Source: Pseudobdellovibrionaceae bacterium
GTDB taxonomy: Bacteria > Bdellovibrionota > Bdellovibrionia > Bdellovibrionales > Bdellovibrionaceae
Assembly: GCA_039810425.1 (NCBI GenBank)
Contig: JBDHWW010000035.1
Coordinates: 1 to 32,569 of the forward strand
DNA: 32,569 nucleotides
Direction of reading: 5' to 3'
Shown here: piece by piece, positions 8,883 to 16,275 of the stretch
How positions within the stretch are numbered: the first letter of the stretch is position 1
How the letters are laid out: each line of letters starts with the position of its first letter
Position numbers and translations under genes: made by a program
The notes under the pieces: generated by a model
Database searches by the model: none
Told to the model about the DNA's origin: nothing
Seen by the model: only the letters and a program-made list of their open reading frames with translations

Positions 8883-10145
8883 AGCCGCCGCGTGTTCTTG
8901 ATCGGAAATCTTTTTCCAGTTGCGGGACTGTTTCACGACAGGCACACAGAAAATCACCCGCAAAATTGCACCGCCGGCAAATAAGCTCCAGTAAACAGTC
9001 TTTTCTTCGCCGAAAGTGCTGAGCACACGCGCCCCGAAGAAAGTCCCAACGATGATCGCAAGCGAATTCAAAAGATTATAAATCGTGATCACCGGCACCT
9101 TCTCGTCTTGGCGAAGGTCTTTAAAGAAGACCAGCGACAGACCATTTTCAAAACAGGCCCAGCCCAAGCCGCTCATGATCTGCAAAACCACAACATAGGA
9201 ATAGTTCTCACTCACCGCCCAGAGCGCCGGCAAGGGCGACACCAAAAGCAAGCCCGCGATCATAACCTTAAATCCGTCGAAGTTTCCCTTAAGGCTTTGC
9301 ATAATGGACAATGAAATAATTTTACCCACCATCAAAGCCGCAATCGCGACCATGTACTGGCCATAATTCATTTTCATTTGCGCGAGCATGTAAGGTGTCA
9401 CAAACGGCGACGACACGTAAACCGCGATCTGAAACGGCACAAGATACGCAAAGAAGCGTTTTTTGTGCCGTCCCCGCCAGAAAACCCTCCAGGAATCACG
9501 CAAGCGATGCACTTGATCTTTTAGCACCCACTCGGTCTGATACATTTTCTTTGAAAGCACCAACGTCGACGTCAGACGGCAAACAAACGCAAACACGAAC
9601 AGCATCGTAAAGACCGAAGTAAATGGCCCGATGGAAACCTGGTTATGCAAAGCGACCCCGCCACCGACAATACCGAAGAGAATTCCGATTTGCTGAATGC
9701 GATTCCGAACTGAGAAGTACTTGCTACTGCGGTTCTCCGGCACGAGTTGTCCCATCCAGAAATTCCACGCGGAACCCGCGGAGAAACCAGCCCCCCAATA
9801 CAGAGTCAGAATAAAAAACATAATCCAGAAATTCGGCGCCCGCGTCGCTGAGAAGTAAATTAAGGGCAAGAATGCCATGGCTTGCAACGCCGTCGAGAGC
9901 ACCACCCAGTACTTGTGCGAATGAACTTTATGCAGAAGCCGTGGCGTAACGAGTTGAAGAAGCGCGCCGCTCACCAGAGGCAGTGAGGCCAGTATTCCCG
10001 CGAACGTCTCGCCCATCCCGATCGACAGTGAGTAAGCCGGCAGATACGATTCGCCGGCGCCGACCATCAAACTATAAAGAAATGCATCCAGATTCGAAAG
10101 CTTGAGGCTTTGCTCTGTACTACGAACACTTCGACTAAAAATCAT
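8868..10145 (-). CDS. MFS transporter
   Basis: About 12 hydrophobic segments; WMGQLVPENRSSKYFS loop; two-fold repeat organisation; 425 aa. Confidence 0.8.
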   Translation of the reverse strand: MIFSRSVRSTEQSLKLSNLDAFLYSLMVGAGESYLPAYSLSIGMGETFAGILASLPLVSGALLQLVTPRLLHKVHSHKYWVVLSTALQAMAFLPLIYFSATRAPNFWIMFFILTLYWGAGFSAGSAWNFWMGQLVPENRSSKYFSVRNRIQQIGILFGIVGGGVALHNQVSIGPFTSVFTMLFVFAFVCRLTSTLVLSKKMYQTEWVLKDQVHRLRDSWRVFWRGRHKKRFFAYLVPFQIAVYVSSPFVTPYMLAQMKMNYGQYMVAIAALMVGKIISLSIMQSLKGNFDGFKVMIAGLLLVSPLPALWAVSENYSYVVVLQIMSGLGWACFENGLSLVFFKDLRQDEKVPVITIYNLLNSLAIIVGTFFGARVLSTFGEEKTVYWSLFAGGAILRVIFCVPVVKQSRNWKKISDQEHAAALKAS

Positions 10146-10214
10146 GGGGAATCACCTTGGGTTCTTGCGAGAGATATTTCTATTATATCCCGGGTTGCAA
10201 AGACTGCTACGGAT

Positions 10215-10856
10215 TTAAAAGGGGCTGGCCCAAGGTCTTTGCGCAAAACTCCACGCACCGGCCCCCAGCGAATAGAAAAAAAGCAGCATCAAGCAAGAAC
10301 CCGCGTAGCTAAAAAGGATCAAAAAACCATCATCCTCCAACTGGGCAAAAACAATCGACAAAATCACAATCGTCGGAACAGTGTTGCTAAAGGGAATCGG
10401 CAAAGGCAATGCCAGCAGGAGCGCGCTCACAATCAGGATTAAAAAGTTAACAAACCGGAACGCGTGCGCGCGGGTGAGGAACAACAGTCTAGGATGCAGA
10501 TATCTTTCAAGACGCGACCAGATTTTCCGCGCAATTCCCGAAATTCTGTGCAGGGCTTTTTGTGGAATCTCTCGATGGCGAAATCGCCGCGGGATCCATG
10601 GTTTCTGATTTAAAAACTGCAGCGTCGAAGAAATGATGATGATGATTCCAATCGGCGTTGAAATGCCCGGCAACGGAATCGGCTGCAAAAAAAACAAACA
10701 CAAAAGCAAAATGAGAATTCCATGTCCCATCTCTCCCAGCAAATCGACGAGCTCTCCCAGCGTTAAGCTTTTGCTGGCGCTCTCTGCTTCGATCAGCTCG
10801 ATGGCTCTGAGCAGGCGGCTTTCTTCTCTGTCAGACTCTTGTTGTGTTTCTGCCAT
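10215..10856 (-). CDS. exoD: ExoD-family membrane protein
   Basis: LTLGEL...G.GILIL, PIPLPGIST, PWIP, LPLPIPFSNTVP, EDDG motifs of ExoD. Confidence 0.85.
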   Translation of the reverse strand: MAETQQESDREESRLLRAIELIEAESASKSLTLGELVDLLGEMGHGILILLLCLFFLQPIPLPGISTPIGIIIIISSTLQFLNQKPWIPRRFRHREIPQKALHRISGIARKIWSRLERYLHPRLLFLTRAHAFRFVNFLILIVSALLLALPLPIPFSNTVPTIVILSIVFAQLEDDGFLILFSYAGSCLMLLFFYSLGAGAWSFAQRPWASPF

Positions 10857-10890
10857 AAGTTCAACTATAGTATCCTTTTTAGGGAAGGCT

Positions 10891-11430
10891 ATGACAGCGA
10901 AAAATGATCAAGATTTACTTCTAAGCCTTGCGCAGGGTGAGGATCGCGCGCTTGATCATTTTTTTAAACGTCACTCGAATAAAGTCTATAACTACGCCCT
11001 GAAGCGCGGTCTTAATGGCGAACAAGCTCAAGACCTTGTTCAAATTGTCTTTATGCAAATTTATCGCAAACGCTCACAATACAACCCAAAGTATGCCGCC
11101 CTCGCGTGGCTTTATGTGATCTCACGATCAGAGCTAAAAGACTATAGATTACGAGAGCTTAAGGATTTTGCGGAATTCGACGATTCCGTGTCACAAACAC
11201 CTTCACAAACCCCTAAGATAGAAGAGAACCAAGAGGTTTCCCATATAATGGCTGATCTTTCCGACAAAGAACGCCAGGTCGTTGAGGACCGATATATTAA
11301 CGAGCTGGAGTACGCGGAGATTGCAAAAAAACTCGGCGAAAGCGAAAGCAATATCAGGCAAATCGTCAGCCGGAGCTTAAGGTTTCTGCGAAAAAAACAT
11401 GCCGGCAAAACAACGGGAGGTGACCTATGA
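10891..11430 (+). CDS. ECF-type RNA polymerase sigma factor
   Basis: Start MTAKND after AGGGAAGG; region 2 AQDLVQIVFMQIY...AWLYVI; region 4 LSDKERQV...YAEIAKKLG.SESNIRQIVSR. Confidence 0.88.
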   Translation: MTAKNDQDLLLSLAQGEDRALDHFFKRHSNKVYNYALKRGLNGEQAQDLVQIVFMQIYRKRSQYNPKYAALAWLYVISRSELKDYRLRELKDFAEFDDSVSQTPSQTPKIEENQEVSHIMADLSDKERQVVEDRYINELEYAEIAKKLGESESNIRQIVSRSLRFLRKKHAGKTTGGDL

Positions 11431-11927
11431 AAGATTTCGAATCCTTTTTAGAATCCGGTCACGCTCAACTGGCACCGGATGCCCTTGATCATCTCAAAAG
11501 AGAAATCTTCCCGTCCCTCTCCCAGGTGGCAATTAAACTCAGCCTTGTTCATCTAGTCAGCTCTTTCCTCACACTGATGGCGTGTCCACAGTTCGGTATG
11601 AGACTTTTCTTTCAAGGCCACGGACTCATGCACTACTTCATGAAAGCCGGCAGCGTTGCGTGCTTTGGCTTCTGCGGAGCTTTCTATCTTGGCTCGACTT
11701 TCTGGATTGCGAAATTTGTCTTTGGCGAATTCGAATGGAGAGTCTTAAAAAAGAACTCCGTCCTCAGCCTGGCCACGGTTGCCTTGGTGTCCCTCGGCGC
11801 CTTTGCTATGCTCAACAGCCACGAGTTGACCTTTGAGGTGGGCTTTGTATGGCTTTTAGGCGCGATTGTGAGTGCCACGATTCCGCTTCTCACTCAAGTG
11901 CGCCACCGCCCACTTATAAAAATCTAG
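11427..11927 (+). CDS. Membrane protein, probable anti-sigma factor
   Basis: ATGA overlap with the sigma gene, RBS GGGAGG, about 4 TM segments, CPQFG and CxxxC motifs. Confidence 0.55.
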   Translation: MKDFESFLESGHAQLAPDALDHLKREIFPSLSQVAIKLSLVHLVSSFLTLMACPQFGMRLFFQGHGLMHYFMKAGSVACFGFCGAFYLGSTFWIAKFVFGEFEWRVLKKNSVLSLATVALVSLGAFAMLNSHELTFEVGFVWLLGAIVSATIPLLTQVRHRPLIKI

Positions 11928-12010
11928 AAAATCTCAGAGTTGGATTTCTTAAAGGAACTTTGTTGGACTTTCAACTGGAGTTTCCACGAAGTTTAGCCGT
12001 TGAGTGAAGT

Positions 12011-14389
12011 ATGCGGTTTGTAAGCGCAATTGCAATATTAATTTGTTTAGGCTTCACAGCTCCGGCAAAGGCCCTTGAGCTCGCCATCACCAACTTGTTC
12101 TTGCGCGAAGAATGCCAGCAATTTCTTGATAACAACTGCAGGCAAATGCCGGCGGGCGTGCGACGCGCGCTGGAGGCCTGTGCGATCAATCAGAAAGCCC
12201 ACGCCTGCGATAAAGTCGCCGCAGAAAATCCCGAGATCAAAGATCTTATCGTGAACTGCAGCGCCAAAGAATTTTGTGAACAACAAACCACTTCGCCAAA
12301 CGACGAACTCGTGGCTTGCTGGAACGGGCTGAAAGATTCCGTGGTAGATACCGCAAACGCGATAAGCTCGATCTTTACCGGTGCTTGGGAGCGCATCAAA
12401 GCCGATCGAGAAAAGCGCGCCGCTTTCGCGGCTTCATGCGATAAATCCATCGCCTGCAAGCGGGATCTGGTAAAAGACTTTCCCCATCACGCCAAATTAA
12501 GCGATGCGGAACTCGACAAGTATTCCACCAACCAGCTTCTTCGCCTGGCGGAGTTTGACTCTATCGGAAGAAGCTACAAGGCTTACAATTCTAACGGCAA
12601 AGCCAACACCGGGGTGACCGTTCCAAAAGACTCCAAAGAAGGACTTAAAAAACTTCAGGCCCTTTGGGCGACCGCCAGCGAACTGGCCTCTCAGAAATAT
12701 CATCGTTATAGCTGCTATTCACCGGCGGCGAAAGAAGAACTGAAGTGTTACATTTTTGCCAGCATCGTTGATCCAACCTTGGTGGCCGGCAAAGGCGCCA
12801 AGCTGTTAAAAGCCCGCCGTCTCGCTGAGGTTGTTGAAAAAGAAAAGGAAGTGGCTGCTGTCGCCGCCCGGGACGTGCGCGCGCCGGCCGGGCCTATTCG
12901 TAAAACTGAGTTCGCCGGTAAGTACCTCAACTACTCGCCGACCACGAGTGAGCAAAATCTTCGATGGATGGCTTTAGCCGAGAGCGCGCCAAAGAACACG
13001 AAATTCTTTGAAGTCGAAAACTCAGTCATGAAGAATCTGAACGACACAATGAAGGACAAAAACCTTGTCACGAGCCTTACGAACTACCATAAAGAGCTTC
13101 TGCAAACTAAAACCGAAAAGCTGATGGCGGAGCTCAAAGCGGACTTCCCGAATCTTGAAGTGGCCGCCTATTCCGACTTTAAAGCCAGCCGTTTCGCCTT
13201 TCAGGGACAAGCCCCGCCGGACCTGCAACAACGCCTGAATCAGATCTTAAAGGAAACCAATCAAGAGTTTTCAGATTTCGTCGTCAAGAACGGCCTCGTC
13301 AAAGAATCCGCGCGCCCGGAAAACTGGTTCCGTGCCGGCTACGGTGAAACCGCCGATCAAGCCAGTCTGGCCTCCCGCTATTCACGCCAAAGCGGCGAAA
13401 ATTCCCTGCAGAGCTATACGACTTCCGAGCTAAAAACCAAAATGACTGAGAAAGTGCGCTCAGTGGAAGCCCTGCGTACAGACTTGCAATCAGAGTTAGG
13501 GCACACCTCAGTGCTTGAAGGTACAACCAAGAAAACCCTTTCTGCCGATGCGATTGATATTCTCCGCAAAAACGGCCCAGACGTTACAAAAACGCAAGCG
13601 GACCTTAAAAATCGCTTCGGTCTTTCTGAAATCTCTGAAAATTCCGTAAGGAAAATGCAAACCTATGTAAAATCCGTCGACGAGTTTTCGCCGAGCATTC
13701 ATGTTGCTCAGCGCGAGGTTTCACATCTGGATGACGCCCAGTTCGGCGGCCTTTCCGCAGATATGAGCGGCATGGGTGCTAAAAATCTGAATGCGACGGC
13801 AAAAGCTCTCAGCGAATCTAAAAGCCTTGATGAAGCTCTCGTCCAAACCCGTAAATCCGAGAAGGCCATTACGACCCAGTTTAATAAGCAAAAAGAAACT
13901 TTCAAAAATGTTATTCAGGATGTCGTCGGCAAAGACCGTATTAAAACCCTCTGTAGCGGCGACGATTGCACTGCGATTCCAAAGCAGTTCTTGAGTGACA
14001 CAGAAAAAGAAAAGATTCTAAAGAAACTGACAGATGCGGGGTACTCATCAGAGTTCCGCCTGGCATTTATTCCTGAAAACATCGCCGAGACCTCCGCGCG
14101 CACGCAGATGGCGGTTCACGGCGAAAGCATCGAAAAAGCCCTCCGCAAGAATCTGGCGGACAAGATGGAGCCGGCAAAGCTCAAGGGCATTGTCTTTGGC
14201 GTAGACATGAAAACCACGAAGCTCCACCAGGGCGGAGTGAAACTCATCACCGCAAGCAGTTCCCAAGTCCGTCTTTCTTCGCGCGAAGAGCGGCTTATTT
14301 CCGAGAGTTTCCAAAAAGCCCTTGAGCAGGTGAACCAAGATCTTGCCAAAACCGGCGCCAATGCGGCCTATCGCACTTGGGTTCCGTAA
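12011..14389 (+). CDS. Secreted 792-aa protein: Cys-rich N-terminus, degenerate GGDEF-like palm, Cas10-like palm (SGDD)
   Basis: Signal peptide MRFVSAIAILICLGFTAPAKA; 11 Cys in the mature N-terminal ~250 aa; FFEVENSVMKNLND, YSDFK, FRAGYG.TADQA.LA..SRQSGEN; GLSADMSGMG and LCSGDDC. The ORF is solid; the domain call is inference. Confidence 0.55.
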   Translation: MRFVSAIAILICLGFTAPAKALELAITNLFLREECQQFLDNNCRQMPAGVRRALEACAINQKAHACDKVAAENPEIKDLIVNCSAKEFCEQQTTSPNDELVACWNGLKDSVVDTANAISSIFTGAWERIKADREKRAAFAASCDKSIACKRDLVKDFPHHAKLSDAELDKYSTNQLLRLAEFDSIGRSYKAYNSNGKANTGVTVPKDSKEGLKKLQALWATASELASQKYHRYSCYSPAAKEELKCYIFASIVDPTLVAGKGAKLLKARRLAEVVEKEKEVAAVAARDVRAPAGPIRKTEFAGKYLNYSPTTSEQNLRWMALAESAPKNTKFFEVENSVMKNLNDTMKDKNLVTSLTNYHKELLQTKTEKLMAELKADFPNLEVAAYSDFKASRFAFQGQAPPDLQQRLNQILKETNQEFSDFVVKNGLVKESARPENWFRAGYGETADQASLASRYSRQSGENSLQSYTTSELKTKMTEKVRSVEALRTDLQSELGHTSVLEGTTKKTLSADAIDILRKNGPDVTKTQADLKNRFGLSEISENSVRKMQTYVKSVDEFSPSIHVAQREVSHLDDAQFGGLSADMSGMGAKNLNATAKALSESKSLDEALVQTRKSEKAITTQFNKQKETFKNVIQDVVGKDRIKTLCSGDDCTAIPKQFLSDTEKEKILKKLTDAGYSSEFRLAFIPENIAETSARTQMAVHGESIEKALRKNLADKMEPAKLKGIVFGVDMKTTKLHQGGVKLITASSSQVRLSSREERLISESFQKALEQVNQDLAKTGANAAYRTWVP

Positions 14390-14391
14390 TA

Positions 14392-15180
14392 CTATTCAAA
14401 GCTCATGATGATTTCTAACGGCGTGTGATCGGAGCCTTTAAAACCATGCAAGACTTGGTTTTCGTGAACATCAATCCCGCGAACAAAAATATGATCCAGC
14501 TTAAAGAAGCGAGTATCACCCTTAAAATCCACAGGATAAAGTTTTAGCTGCGACAACATTTGCACCAGTAAAATCCAGCGGCGCGTGTTCCAGGTATTAA
14601 AATCCCCGGCAAAAATGAGCGGCCCCTTGTGGGCCTCGATCTGCAGGATCTTTTCCTCAAGGGCTTTAATAAATAAATTCGTCGTGGTGAAATTGAGCGA
14701 GTGCGTGTTAATCACCATGAGCCTGTCTTCGCGGCCCTCGATTTTAAACTGCGATAGCAAGGCAATCTTGGGAGTCAGCAAAAATAATTCACGGCTCTTT
14801 GTGCGTACGAATTTCAGGTCGTAACTCTCAGCACGGGCGCCAATCACCACTCCGGTTGCGTGATCAGGATTGAGGTGAAAACTCGCCGCCATATTCCAGG
14901 CATAGCGGGAAAACTCGTTACGCCAGATGCTCGGCATTTTGTGATCGGTGATTGCTTCTTGCAAAAGCACAAGATCGTGACCTTTGACGATGTCCCGGAA
15001 TTCATTTTCCCAGCGGGGATCCTTCCCTTTCCACACGTTCCACACGAGAACCTTGACGTTTTTCTCCGGCAAGGTCTTTTCGCTATAAGCCCCGATCGTG
15101 ATCAAACTCTCGTGGGCCGAAGGAACATAAAAAGGGGTTGTGAATAACTTCGACTTAGGTGACTTTGGCAAGGTACTCAT
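14392..15180 (-). CDS. Endonuclease/exonuclease/phosphatase family protein (YafD/UPF0294-like)
   Basis: LVWNVWK, LVLLQEA, VINTH, GPLIFAGDFNTW, LDHIFVRG, SDH. Start likely ATG 15180. Confidence 0.88.
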   Translation of the reverse strand: MSTLPKSPKSKLFTTPFYVPSAHESLITIGAYSEKTLPEKNVKVLVWNVWKGKDPRWENEFRDIVKGHDLVLLQEAITDHKMPSIWRNEFSRYAWNMAASFHLNPDHATGVVIGARAESYDLKFVRTKSRELFLLTPKIALLSQFKIEGREDRLMVINTHSLNFTTTNLFIKALEEKILQIEAHKGPLIFAGDFNTWNTRRWILLVQMLSQLKLYPVDFKGDTRFFKLDHIFVRGIDVHENQVLHGFKGSDHTPLEIIMSFE

Positions 15181-16144
15181 CCAAAACAGCGGCAACCGGA
15201 AGCGCCTGGGCTTCGTTACGCTCTTGCTCCGCCAACAACGTCGACAAATAGCGCTCGGTATAGCTTGGCACAATCACCACAATATTCTTACCGCGGTTTT
15301 CTTCCTTGGCGGCAATGCGAAGTCCTACGGCGATCGCGGCGCCGGAGCTAATCCCCACGGGAATGCCCTCTTTTTTAATCACTTCACGCGCCATTTTCAT
15401 CGCATCTTCCGAAGAGATCGTCTCCACGCTGTCGACAACATTTCTATCGAAATTCTTCGGCACAAATCCAGCGGCGAGCCCTTGGATTTTATGCGGGCCC
15501 GGTTTTCCACCAGACAGCACCGGGCTTTCCGTCGGCTCCACCGCAATCATTTTTACTGACGGCTTCTTCGCCTTCAGCACTTGGCCGACGCCCGTGATTG
15601 TTCCCCCCGTTCCCACACCCGATACCACGATATCGACTTTTCCGTCGGTGTCGTTCCAAATTTCAAGCGCCGTCGTTTCGCGGTGAATTTCAGGATTCGA
15701 CGGGTTGTCAAACTGACTTGGCATGAACGCATTTTTATTTTTATCGACAAGTTCCAGCGCCTTCGCGATGGCCCCCTTCATTCCCAACGGCCCCGGAGTC
15801 AACACGATCTTCGCTCCCAAAAGAAGCAACAAAGTTCTACGCTCTTGAGACATCGTCTCAGGCATCGTCAGAGTTAAATGATAACCGCGAGCCGCGCAAA
15901 TGAAAGCCAACGCAATCCCCGTGTTGCCACTGGTCGGCTCAATCACATCCATGCCGGTTTTTAATTTCCCCGCGCGCTCTGCGGTTTCAATAATATTCAT
16001 TCCGATACGATCCTTCACCGAGCCCAGCGGATTAAAAAATTCGAGCTTGAGCAATACCTTTCCCGGAAGATTTTTTCCAAGACGTGGCATTTCTACGAGG
16101 GGGGTTCGTCCGATTGTTTTTGTAATATCCGAGTATATTTCCAT
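15155..16144 (-). CDS. cysK: Cysteine synthase A
   Basis: KLEFFNPLGSVKDRIG, EPTSGNTGIALA, GVGTGGTITG, PHKIQG, GISSGA, ERYLST. Confidence 0.96.
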   Translation of the reverse strand: MEIYSDITKTIGRTPLVEMPRLGKNLPGKVLLKLEFFNPLGSVKDRIGMNIIETAERAGKLKTGMDVIEPTSGNTGIALAFICAARGYHLTLTMPETMSQERRTLLLLLGAKIVLTPGPLGMKGAIAKALELVDKNKNAFMPSQFDNPSNPEIHRETTALEIWNDTDGKVDIVVSGVGTGGTITGVGQVLKAKKPSVKMIAVEPTESPVLSGGKPGPHKIQGLAAGFVPKNFDRNVVDSVETISSEDAMKMAREVIKKEGIPVGISSGAAIAVGLRIAAKEENRGKNIVVIVPSYTERYLSTLLAEQERNEAQALPVAAVLDEYLAKVT

Positions 16145-16275
16145 AGGCGGTCTCTCTCCGAGAAGAATGAGACTCTAGCTTAGCTTTTATTCCGCACTAA
16201 TTCCAGAATATGCGGATGTGTCATTTATCATGATTATGTTTCAGGACTGAGGACTGTGCAGCGACTCACCCGCAC

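Noticed and set aside
10633..10890. N-terminal extension of the ECF sigma ORF
   Set aside because: Antisense to exoD; a good RBS and the sigma homology begin at 10891.
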